Source: Candidatus Caldarchaeum sp. (GTDB lineage: Archaea; Thermoproteota; Nitrososphaeria_A; Caldarchaeales; Caldarchaeaceae). Taken from it: a DNA stretch of 27,664 bases. Numbering within the stretch: the first letter of the stretch is position 1; each line of letters starts with the position of its first letter. Positions 16,736 through 25,065 of this stretch are shown piece after piece. The stretch is taken from positions 1-27,664 of the forward strand of contig JAWBRA010000021.1 of the NCBI GenBank assembly GCA_038844785.1. Reading direction: 5' to 3'. The position numbers were made by a program, and so were the translations under genes. The notes beneath the pieces are model-generated. The model saw only the letters and a program-made list of their open reading frames with translations, ran no database searches and was not told where the DNA came from.

Positions 16736-17273
16736 GGCACTGTCAACTTTTACTTAAGGTTTTTGGAAAGGGCCTATGGGCTGGGTTGTTTTGATGGGTT
16801 TGTGGACGTCTTCGATTATCTCGTAGGGCGTATGTCCAGAAGGTTTATGCTGCTATGTTGTTCGTTGCTGGTTTGAGCCTTAGAGACGTTATTACAGGCG
16901 CGTCTAGGGAGAGTGTTAGGTGTTGGGCCCATAGGATGAGAAAACTCTTCACACCATATAGTCTGCTGTAGACGTGGATGCAGGGGGAGATAACAGCTGT
17001 ATATGCCTTTAGGGGTAGGTCTATCCTAAACGCCTAACTGTTCTGGAAAAATGCGAGGGGAAAATGGGATTTGAAGAGGCTTCTATGAAACATTTGGGGA
17101 TGGGAATAGGGTTGAGAGGTGGTTTAGGGGGCTTAAAGACAGGACCAAGAGATTCCACAACAACATAACTCAAAGACGGTCAGGAGTTATTGAGGAGATA
17201 GCCATAGCCCTCACACACAACACATTACTCAACACCCAAAGAGAAGGGGGCGTATTACCTGGCTGACAGTACC
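16736..17273 (+). mobile_element. IS6-family insertion sequence relic (538 bp, internally deleted)
   Basis: Left IR GGCACTGTCAAC at 16736-16747. Right IR at 17262-17273 reads GGTACTGTCAGC in reverse complement (10/12 identical). GG(C/T)ACTGT termini are typical of IS6/IS26. No flanking direct repeat seen. Confidence 0.85.
16840..17266 (+). pseudogene. Fragmented IS6 (DDE_Tnp_IS240-type) transposase
   Basis: Manual translation gives KVYAAMLFVAGLSLRDVITGASRESVRCWAHR, SAVDVDAG/(frameshift)EITAVYAFRGRSILNA* and YETFGDGNRVERWFRGLKDRTKRFHNNI...GGVLPG*. The final TGA lies inside the right IR. Confidence 0.8.
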
Positions 17274-17547
17274 TGTGAATTTTTAATGGCGGGCAAGCCT
17301 TTGCTGATGCAAGATCCTAAGTTTGCTCACGCTTTGTAACCTCCCTGTTAAGGCTTTCAAAATTCTTCCAGTATACTGTTGTGACGAGCCTGACCACCTC
17401 CAGAGCTGTCGTATCATGTGAGAGTGATGTAGGCGCGGCCGTGGGTGAAAACCATTCTTGCGCCTACTCTATACCTTCAAAAATATCACAGACTTAACAT
17501 TGCTAAAGAGTTTTAAAAGTCGAAACATGGTTGATATAACGAGGGGT

Positions 17548-19326
17548 ATGGACAGGCTCGATGTTGTAGAGCAGGTTCTCAGGCTTCCTGAGCTTTCGCT
17601 GGTTGATCTGTCCCGTGACGGGGCATGGGCAGTTATTGTTTCCAACCTTACAGGCTCCTACCAGCTCTGGTCGTTCAAGCTGGCCGACAAAACTGTTGTC
17701 CAAGTTTCTCACGGCGACCAGCGTGTGACTTATGCCAGGGTTTCCCCCGATTTGAAAAACGTTTTCTTCCTTCGGGATTTTGATGGAAAGGAGAGACATC
17801 AGCTATTTGTGACCTCTATCGAAGGCGGGGAGAAGGAGATGCAGCTATCGGATTTTAAGGATTTGAGGCTCTTCGATTTTGCATGCTCCCCACAAGGCCG
17901 GAAAATTGCTTTAACAGGCAGCACTTCGGAATCAAACTATCTGTGGGTTTTTGACGTTTACGAAGGCAGGCTAGAGCCGGTCTTTAAATCAGGCGGGTGG
18001 ATTTTCTCCCCCAGCTATTCCGAAAGCGGTGACGTTTTGGCTTTTTCAGCCAATACAACTGGAACACCACGATCCAGCGAGATCGTGGTAATCGATTTTC
18101 AAAGCGGTGCAACCTCGGTCTACACACCTAAACCAGGCAGCGAAAACACCATCCCTAAATGGCATCCACAAGCCATGCGAATACTTTTCAAGACTAATGC
18201 AGCAGGGCCTTATGACCTAGCCATTTACGACATAGATTCAAGCTCTTTCACAACAATGGGTTTGTCGAAATACGGTGTGGATTTCACAGATTTTGGATGG
18301 CTTTCCGACGGGGGTGTATTCTGGTTTGTTGCACGGAGAAATGGAAGATCTAAACTATACGTCAGGAAGGATGGTGGTGATGTGGCTGAGGTTGAAACCC
18401 CGGTTGGAACGATTACAGGCATTGAGGTGGACAGGACTGGTTCCTTTGCCGTGTTTTCATGGTCATCTCTGTCAAGACCTCCAGTTCTTTATAGGGTTGA
18501 CATAAAGTCAGGAAAACTTCACCTGCTTTACGAGCCAGCTCAGCTCCGTGGATTGCCTCTGGGGAAAGCGGAATTCATCAGCTACAGGTCTTTCGACGGC
18601 TTGGAGGTGCCGGGCTTTTTGCTGCTTGCAGAAGGGAAAAAAGAGCCTAAACCCTGTGTAGTATGGGTACATGGCGGGCCGTGGTGGGAGGTAGGGGATG
18701 AATGGAATGCACCTGTGCAGGCTCTTTGTGCAGCAGGCTTCCACGTCCTCTGTCCAAACTTTAGAGGAAGCACCGGGTATGGTGCTGATTTCGAGAGATT
18801 GAATATAGGTGACCCTGGTGGAGGCGACATGCAGGACGTGCTGCATGGTGTGAAGTATCTTTACGAGCTTGGGCTTGTGGATGATGAGCGGGTTGGGGTT
18901 GCTGGCGCAAGCTATGGAGGATTTATGACTTTTCTCACAATGACAAAGAACCCCGATGTCTGGAAGGCTGGGGCTGCCATAGTTGGTGTTACGGATTGGA
19001 TGGAGGATTATGAGCTTTCAGACGCGGCTTTCAGAAACTTCACGGAGCAGCTGCTGGGCAAGCCTGAAGAAAAACCAGAACTGTTCCGTGACAGGTCTCC
19101 GATAAACTTTGTTCATCAAACCAAAGCACCGATACTTGTCTGGCATAGGGCCAACGACAGCCGATGTCCACTCCAGCCAGTTGAGAAATTCGTGAAAAAA
19201 CTGAAGCAGCTGGGCAAGCCCCACGAGTTCTATGTTGTCGAAGGAGAAGGCCACGGCGTTCAAAGGCTGGAAAACTTCGTAAAACAATACAGAACTGTTG
19301 CAGACTTTTTCCTACGGTATCTTTGA
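17548..19326 (+). CDS. S9-family (acylaminoacyl/dipeptidyl/prolyl-oligopeptidase-like) serine peptidase
   Basis: N-terminal beta-propeller repeats, then VHGGP, NFRGSTGYG, nucleophile GASYGG, NDSRCP (Asp) and EGHG (His). Start ATG 17548, about 30 nt after TTTTAAAA at 17511-17518; 17527 is an alternative. Confidence 0.92.
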   Translation: MDRLDVVEQVLRLPELSLVDLSRDGAWAVIVSNLTGSYQLWSFKLADKTVVQVSHGDQRVTYARVSPDLKNVFFLRDFDGKERHQLFVTSIEGGEKEMQLSDFKDLRLFDFACSPQGRKIALTGSTSESNYLWVFDVYEGRLEPVFKSGGWIFSPSYSESGDVLAFSANTTGTPRSSEIVVIDFQSGATSVYTPKPGSENTIPKWHPQAMRILFKTNAAGPYDLAIYDIDSSSFTTMGLSKYGVDFTDFGWLSDGGVFWFVARRNGRSKLYVRKDGGDVAEVETPVGTITGIEVDRTGSFAVFSWSSLSRPPVLYRVDIKSGKLHLLYEPAQLRGLPLGKAEFISYRSFDGLEVPGFLLLAEGKKEPKPCVVWVHGGPWWEVGDEWNAPVQALCAAGFHVLCPNFRGSTGYGADFERLNIGDPGGGDMQDVLHGVKYLYELGLVDDERVGVAGASYGGFMTFLTMTKNPDVWKAGAAIVGVTDWMEDYELSDAAFRNFTEQLLGKPEEKPELFRDRSPINFVHQTKAPILVWHRANDSRCPLQPVEKFVKKLKQLGKPHEFYVVEGEGHGVQRLENFVKQYRTVADFFLRYL

Positions 19327-19395
19327 AAACACACAGCAACCGATTGGTGTGTTGCTGTTGTTCAACGCTTATATGATGTTATTTGAGAGAGCCTG

Positions 19396-19926
19396 TTGAT
19401 GAAACGGTTTCAACATTTTGAAACAGTTGCCATAAATCGCTTCGAAACGTTGATAGGGGATTTTTGGGCAGCAGCCTCCAACAAAGGTTTGGTACGTCTT
19501 GAAAGAGAAGTAGCCAAACAATCTTTTGTTCACAGGCTTGAAAGGTCTGGAATGAAGACCGTCGAAAAACTGACAACAGTTATCAGAACCGTGCATAAAC
19601 AGCTCAACGAATATCTTAACGGGGAAAGACGTAGTTTCAACATCCCGCTTGACCTACGGTTTAGAGGATTCGAGTTGATGGTGTTACGTGCAGTAATGGC
19701 TATACCGTTCGGCGAGACACGCAGCTACAAGGCTGTAGCAGCCATGATAGGGCGTCCAAACGCTTATCGAGCCGCAGGCAACGCCGTCGCCAAAAATCCA
19801 ATAACCATAATTATTCCATGCCATAGGGTGATCAGGTCTGATGGACGGCTCGGAAAATACGGCGGAGATACACGTGTCAAAGCATGGCTTCTAAAGCATG
19901 AAGGCGTAGAGATAGACATTACATAA
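19396..19926 (+). CDS. ogt: Methylated-DNA--protein-cysteine methyltransferase
   Basis: IPFGETRSY, AYRAAGNAVAKNP, active-site IPCHRV, and YGG...KAWLLKHEG. Confidence 0.95.
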   Translation: MMKRFQHFETVAINRFETLIGDFWAAASNKGLVRLEREVAKQSFVHRLERSGMKTVEKLTTVIRTVHKQLNEYLNGERRSFNIPLDLRFRGFELMVLRAVMAIPFGETRSYKAVAAMIGRPNAYRAAGNAVAKNPITIIIPCHRVIRSDGRLGKYGGDTRVKAWLLKHEGVEIDIT

Positions 19927-20353
19927 CGTTATGTTTTGGAAGTTGTAAAAGCCTTGTTATAAGCTCGTAAGTTTTTGACGCTTGCTCGATGGCTTGCTCA
20001 GCATCCTTTCTGTCAACCAGGTCGTCAGGCGACAGCAGCGCTTCCTCGCCTCCGTAAAAGCTGACCTCTCTCTTGGCGGCGAGACTTCTAGAAGCGTTGG
20101 CGAGAAACTCTATTTCGTATGCGAACCATGCGGGAAACCTATCCCTGTATTCTAGTAAAACATCTGACACGTCATGTATTTTGGGGTATTCGACGCCGAT
20201 GGTTTTCAACGCCGCTTTCAGACATAGCTCAACACATTCTTGCGAGAGCCTGAGAGTGTAGGGATAGTTTCCTCTTTCAAGAGCTCTCTTAGCGTCGTCC
20301 AGCCTGTCGCCAGCTTGCCTGATGTACGCTTTCGCGATTTTAGCCAGGTTCAG
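19919..20353 (-). CDS. HEPN-domain protein (COG2250-like), partner of MNT
   Basis: A..RLDDAKRALERGNY, SQECVELCLKA, YPKIHDV and KREVSFYG. Start uncertain: CTG at 20353 or the ORF-track start at 20398. Confidence 0.85.
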   Translation of the reverse strand: MNLAKIAKAYIRQAGDRLDDAKRALERGNYPYTLRLSQECVELCLKAALKTIGVEYPKIHDVSDVLLEYRDRFPAWFAYEIEFLANASRSLAAKREVSFYGGEEALLSPDDLVDRKDAEQAIEQASKTYELITRLLQLPKHNVM

Positions 20354-21087
20354 AGCGTGGACGCCTCCACCGCTCTCGGACCCAGGTCCCAGTACCAAGC
20401 ACCACGCTTTGACATGTAGCGTTTAGCCCCCATCAACTCCAGCCTAGACCGCATCTGCGAAAACAAGCTGCGGAGAAAACCGTCGTCCAACAGTATGGCT
20501 GCGTCGTACACCATGTCTAGGAAAAGGAGGGGCAGTCTTTCGGCTTCGCTTTTCTTTAAAGGATAGAAGCTCAGCCTAGTGTGTATGCCGTACGATTTGA
20601 GGAAACTTAGTTCAGACTTGACGTCGACGTCGCGCTCGATCTCGAGCAACGCGTCTATCCGTGAAGACAGACTGCCGCTGAAACTGTCTGAGACGACTAA
20701 CAGGTCCACGTCGCTCAACGGGGTGGCGGAGTGCCTAGCCACAGAGCCGTAGACGGCGGCAGACGAAGGCCTCCAAGACTTTTTCAGAGCGCGTAAAACG
20801 TCGTAGACGAGCTGTACATATTCGCCTTGGATGTTGGACGGCTTGCTGACAGCGCCTGATGCAACCAACATGAAGCTTCTCGGGTCGAGAAGCCTGTAGA
20901 GCCGGGGACGAGTTCTCCGAAAATCTATCAAAGCTCCCGACCTTCTTAACACGGTTAGAAGAACGTGGGCTCTGCCGCCGTCGATGGAAAGCCTGCTGCA
21001 TACTTCGTCGAAGCCGAAAACCCCTCGGCCGAAAAGGGAGTAAAGGCTTGCAAACCTCTCGCCAGCCCATCTAGGAGGCCATGTCAC
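20350..21087 (-). CDS. Minimal nucleotidyltransferase (MNT) with an N-terminal winged-helix-like domain
   Basis: YGSVARHSATPLSDVDLLVV (GSx10DxD), LFLDMVYDA and WYWDL. The N-terminal FGFDEVCSRL..AHVLLTVLRRSGAL..RPRLYRL looks like a wHTH. Start probably GTG 21087; the ORF track gives 21153. Confidence 0.85.
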   Translation of the reverse strand: MTWPPRWAGERFASLYSLFGRGVFGFDEVCSRLSIDGGRAHVLLTVLRRSGALIDFRRTRPRLYRLLDPRSFMLVASGAVSKPSNIQGEYVQLVYDVLRALKKSWRPSSAAVYGSVARHSATPLSDVDLLVVSDSFSGSLSSRIDALLEIERDVDVKSELSFLKSYGIHTRLSFYPLKKSEAERLPLLFLDMVYDAAILLDDGFLRSLFSQMRSRLELMGAKRYMSKRGAWYWDLGPRAVEASTL

Positions 21088-21253
21088 ATCAGATAGTAAG
21101 CTTAACAAATAATTAAGGTTTTTAGATATATAGTTGTCCACAGCCATCCTCAAAAATACAAAAAAGCTCCACCGGCGTTACACAAGCTTTTTCGCTGAAC
21201 TTTTGTACATGTTTCATGCTTATTAACTTCGTTTAACTGTGGTTGTTTTAGGT

Positions 21254-22246
21254 TTGCAGCTTGTCGACGGCTTCGGCCGTGTTGCACGGAAGCTAAGGCT
21301 TTCTGTCACCGACAGATGTAACTTCAGATGCGATTTCTGCATGCCGCTGAACCCTGTGTGGATACCTCACCGGGAGATTCTGACGTACGAGGAAATGGCG
21401 AGGATTGTCAGGATTCTTGTTTCCATGGGGGTGACTAAGATAAGGCTCAGCGGCGGCGAGCCGTTGATGCGACGCGACATAGAAAAAGGGATTAAGATGT
21501 TCAGGAACATCCCCGGCGTCGAAAACATTTCAATGACTACGAACGGCTACTTCCTCGCCGAGAAAGCCGCATCGCTCAAGGAGGCGGGGCTCGACAGCGT
21601 AACCATAAGCCTCCACAGCCTAAAACCCGAGAAGTTTGAAGAGATAGTAGGCAAGAAGGATGTTTTCAACAGGGTTTTTGAAGGAATAAAAACAGCTCAG
21701 GCGGTCGGGTTTAAACCAGTGAAAATAAACTGCGTCATAACACGCGGCTGCAACGACGACGAAATCCTCGATTTCGTTGAGCTTGGCCGTAAATCCGGGC
21801 TTGTGATAAGGTTCATCGAATACATGCCCTTCGACGGAAGACATATGTGGAGTTCTGAGAAGCTTGTCAGCGGCGCTGAGATAATAGCGAGGATAGAGGA
21901 GAGATACAGGCTGGAGAAGCTGCCGCGGGAGCCGGGCAGCACCTCCATAGCCTACAGGTTTCAAGACGGGTCGGAAGGCATGGTGAATATCATAACTTCG
22001 ATGACCCAACCGTTCTGCAGCGACTGCGACAGGATAAGGTTGTCGGCTGACGGAAAGATAGTGCCATGTCTTTTCAGCAGGGACGAGTACGATGTGAAAA
22101 GCCTGCTCAGAGGAGGTGCGTCAGACGAGGAGATAGCAGAGTTCATAAGAAGGTCTTTCAGGAAAAAGTTCGCAGGCGTTGAGACGTTGATAAAAACCGG
22201 CAAGCTTGAGCCTCTGATAAGACCCATGCATACAATAGGCGGCTAA
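21254..22246 (+). CDS. moaA: GTP 3',8-cyclase (molybdenum cofactor biosynthesis radical SAM enzyme)
   Basis: LRLSVTDRCNFRCDFC, GGEPL, RFIEYMP, PFCSDCDRIRLSADG..PCLF and C-terminal MHTIGG. Start TTG 21254, 27 nt after TTATTAA; the ORF track gives 21239. Confidence 0.95.
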   Translation: MQLVDGFGRVARKLRLSVTDRCNFRCDFCMPLNPVWIPHREILTYEEMARIVRILVSMGVTKIRLSGGEPLMRRDIEKGIKMFRNIPGVENISMTTNGYFLAEKAASLKEAGLDSVTISLHSLKPEKFEEIVGKKDVFNRVFEGIKTAQAVGFKPVKINCVITRGCNDDEILDFVELGRKSGLVIRFIEYMPFDGRHMWSSEKLVSGAEIIARIEERYRLEKLPREPGSTSIAYRFQDGSEGMVNIITSMTQPFCSDCDRIRLSADGKIVPCLFSRDEYDVKSLLRGGASDEEIAEFIRRSFRKKFAGVETLIKTGKLEPLIRPMHTIGG

Positions 22247-22944
22247 CGGCTAAACAGACGGCCTAGCTCAGGTTTTTCAACTAAGCATCCAAGCACGTTC
22301 AACACATTCCACAGTGTTGAGGAGTTGCTGGAAACAACAGGTTTTCCAGCCATCTCTTCTATGTGTTTGATGGCGTTGAAGGTTCTGAGGTTTGTGCAGC
22401 TTATGAATATCGTGTCTGCGTCGCGGTAGCTTGCTTTCCCAACCCATTCCACAACCTCCTCATCCCTTATCCTTCCAATCTCCCTGTTGTCGACAAACGA
22501 TGCATAATAACTGCATACAACCTCGAAGCCATGCCCTCTCAGGAAAGCAGCTTCTAGAGAGGTTATGTCGGATGTGTATGGTGTTACGAGGCATATTTTC
22601 CTTGAGCCTAAATGTTTCAAAGCTCTGAGCACGGCGCCGGACGTGGCGACGCATTCCAAACCCGTTGACGTCTTGATTTCTTTTTCTATTTGGGAGTACT
22701 GCTCCCAGCCTCCTACGAAGCTGCCGCTGGTGCATCCGAAAGCTATGACGTCAACCGCCGCGGTGGCGAGCTTCCTAGCTTCCCTGACAGATTCGCTCTC
22801 GATTTTCCTCAGCTCATCAACCTCCACCCGCTCCAGCCAAACCCGTGCGGCATGCACCGTCGCAACACCTTGAAGCGCACGGTTAAACTCATACTCCATC
22901 GTCGTGTTGGAAGACGGAATGATAACCCCCACCCTGTACATCAT
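22243..22944 (-). CDS. Maleate cis-trans isomerase / arylmalonate decarboxylase / Asp-Glu racemase-family protein
   Basis: VGVIIPSSNTTMEYEF, FGCTSGS, LVTPY, ISCTNL and KPVVSSN. Confidence 0.88.
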   Translation of the reverse strand: MMYRVGVIIPSSNTTMEYEFNRALQGVATVHAARVWLERVEVDELRKIESESVREARKLATAAVDVIAFGCTSGSFVGGWEQYSQIEKEIKTSTGLECVATSGAVLRALKHLGSRKICLVTPYTSDITSLEAAFLRGHGFEVVCSYYASFVDNREIGRIRDEEVVEWVGKASYRDADTIFISCTNLRTFNAIKHIEEMAGKPVVSSNSSTLWNVLNVLGCLVEKPELGRLFSR

Positions 22945-22965
22945 GTTCTTACTGTTTATGGCGGG

Positions 22966-22981
22966 AAAAATATTTTTTAAA
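22966..22981. promoter_or_regulatory. Shared bidirectional TATA region with a 12-bp palindrome
   Basis: Perfect palindrome AAAAATATTTTT at 22966-22977. TTTTTAAA at 22974-22981 is about 27 nt before ATG 23008 (+) and, read as TTTAAAAA, about 30 nt before ATG 22944 (-). Confidence 0.55.
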
Positions 22982-23007
22982 TGGAGTTAATCGGCTGGGG
23001 TTTGGAA

Positions 23008-25065
23008 ATGCTTCATGTCGCGGTAGATGTGGGGGGCACGTTTACAGACCTCGTCGCCTTTGATGAGGATGCTGGAGAGGTTTACGCTGTGAAGGTTAGG
23101 AGCACACCCCGCAACCCTGAGGAGGGCTTTATCAGCTCGCTGGAAAGCCTGTTAGGCAAGTATTCGCTAAAGTCGTCAGAGGTCAAGACCATAATACATG
23201 TCAACACTATTGGGACGAACCTGTTGAGAGGGCAGCTGGGGCTTGAAATACCTAAGACGGCTTTGGTGACAACCAAGGGCTTCCGCGACGTGCTGGAGAT
23301 AGGTCGGCAGAACAGGCCCGAGCTATACAACATATTCTACGCAAGGCCTAAGCCGCTTGTTCCAAGACATCTGAGGCTGGAGGTTGACGAAAGGGTTGAC
23401 AGCCGCGGTCTGTGCATTAAAGAAGCGAGCGTGGAGCAGTTGGATGAGGTTGCGGAGAAGCTCTCCCGAGAAAAGGTTGATACTGTAGCGGTCTCTTTTC
23501 TAAACAGCTACATCAACCCCTCCAACGAGAAGAAAGCAAAGGAACATCTCCAGAAGAGGCTCAGACTTCCTGTCACCGCTTCACATGAGGTAGACCCAGA
23601 GCATAGGGAGTATGAAAGGACAAGCACCACCGTCGTCAACGCATTACTGAAGCCTGTCGTCTCCCGTTACTTTAACGAGGTCATCCGCTTGCTTGAGATG
23701 ATGGGGGTGAAGTCGTCGGTCGAGATAATGAGCTCTTCAGGCGGCCTAGTAGATGTTAAAGAATCTATGGAAAAGCCTGTTGCATGCATCGAGTCAGGGC
23801 CTGCTGCAGGGGTCATAGGAGCGGCAGAGCTTGCACACCGGCTTGGAGTATTGAATGTGATAAGCCTCGACATGGGAGGTACGACGGCTAAGGCAGGCAC
23901 CGTAGTAAACGGACAGCCGCTGTATGTTCCGGAGATTGAGGTCGGCGGCAGGGTTCACATGGGAAGGTTCGTAAAGGGAAGCGGATACCCCGTGAGATAC
24001 CCTTCGGTCGACCTCGCAGAAGTCAGCGCCGGCGGAGGCACAATAATAGACGTTGACGAGGCTGGAGGGTTGAAAGTCGGGCCCATGAGCGCGGGAGCGG
24101 AGCCGGGGCCGGCTTGCTATGGGTTCGGCGGAACAATGCCAACGATCACGGATGCAAACCTTTCGCTCGGTAGGCTTGAAACCCTGCTCGGCGGCGAGTT
24201 CAGGCTTAGAAAAGACCTGGCCGCTATGGCTTTGAACAGGGTAGGCGATAAGATAGGTGCTGACGTCACGGAGACGGCGGCGGCTGCGCTGGCCTTGGTC
24301 AACCTTCACATGGCGAGGGCGGTGCATCTCGTAAGCCTTGAGAGAGGCTACAACCCAAGCGACTTTTTCTTGATGGCTTTCGGAGGAGCTGGGCCCATGC
24401 ATGCTGCTGAGCTAGCCCAGCAGATAGGCATGTCCACCGTCATCATCCCACCACACCCAGGCCTTTTCACATCGCTTGGTCTGCTGATGACAGACTTTCG
24501 CTACACCTTCGTGAGAGGCTTCATAAAGACTCTCTCAGCAGACAGCGAGGAATACTTTGAGAAAGTTTTCGCCGAAATGGAGATGGAGGCGTTAAAGCAT
24601 ATCGGCGGCAAGGGTCTGAAGACAGACTCTGCCGTTGTCCTGAGAAGCTTGGACATGCGCTACTACGGTCAGGGTCATGAGCTGGAAGTCAGGGTTGGCA
24701 AACCGTTGAAAGCCGGTGAAACGATAAACAGGTTCGAAAACCTGCATGAAGCTGTTTACGGGTTTAAGCACGGCGGGGAAAACGTTGAAGTTACGGCGGC
24801 GAGGCTGAGCGTCATCATACCTAGGGCAAAACCCAGCCTGCCAAAGCCAAGGCAGGATGGAAACAGCCCAAAACCAGCTGAAAGAAAGGTATACTTCGGA
24901 GAAGAATGGCTGGACACTCCGGTCTACAGTAGAGAATCTCTTCCAGCAGGTTTTTCGCTGGAGGGGCCTGCGATAGTTGAAGAGTATGACTCGACTACCG
25001 TTGTGCCTCCCGGCTGGAGGCTTAGAGTAGACGATACAGGCTGCATGGTGATGAGGAAAACATGA
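23008..25065 (+). CDS. hyuA: Hydantoinase/oxoprolinase subunit A (ATP-dependent cyclic-amide hydrolase, HyuA/OplA-like)
   Basis: VDVGGTFTD, TTKGFRDVLEIGRQNRP, REYERTSTTVVNA, ESGPAAG, DMGGTT, SAGAEPGPACYG, FGGAGPMHA and GPAIVEEYDSTTVVPPG. Start re-called at ATG 23008. Confidence 0.92.
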   Translation: MLHVAVDVGGTFTDLVAFDEDAGEVYAVKVRSTPRNPEEGFISSLESLLGKYSLKSSEVKTIIHVNTIGTNLLRGQLGLEIPKTALVTTKGFRDVLEIGRQNRPELYNIFYARPKPLVPRHLRLEVDERVDSRGLCIKEASVEQLDEVAEKLSREKVDTVAVSFLNSYINPSNEKKAKEHLQKRLRLPVTASHEVDPEHREYERTSTTVVNALLKPVVSRYFNEVIRLLEMMGVKSSVEIMSSSGGLVDVKESMEKPVACIESGPAAGVIGAAELAHRLGVLNVISLDMGGTTAKAGTVVNGQPLYVPEIEVGGRVHMGRFVKGSGYPVRYPSVDLAEVSAGGGTIIDVDEAGGLKVGPMSAGAEPGPACYGFGGTMPTITDANLSLGRLETLLGGEFRLRKDLAAMALNRVGDKIGADVTETAAAALALVNLHMARAVHLVSLERGYNPSDFFLMAFGGAGPMHAAELAQQIGMSTVIIPPHPGLFTSLGLLMTDFRYTFVRGFIKTLSADSEEYFEKVFAEMEMEALKHIGGKGLKTDSAVVLRSLDMRYYGQGHELEVRVGKPLKAGETINRFENLHEAVYGFKHGGENVEVTAARLSVIIPRAKPSLPKPRQDGNSPKPAERKVYFGEEWLDTPVYSRESLPAGFSLEGPAIVEEYDSTTVVPPGWRLRVDDTGCMVMRKT

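Noticed and set aside
23794-24402. Long antisense or alternate-frame ORFs (for example 23794..24402, 3962..4459, 12697..13185, 25430..25882, 16085..16534)
   Set aside because: They lie wholly or almost wholly within well-supported genes and have no recognisable motifs; they are shadow ORFs.
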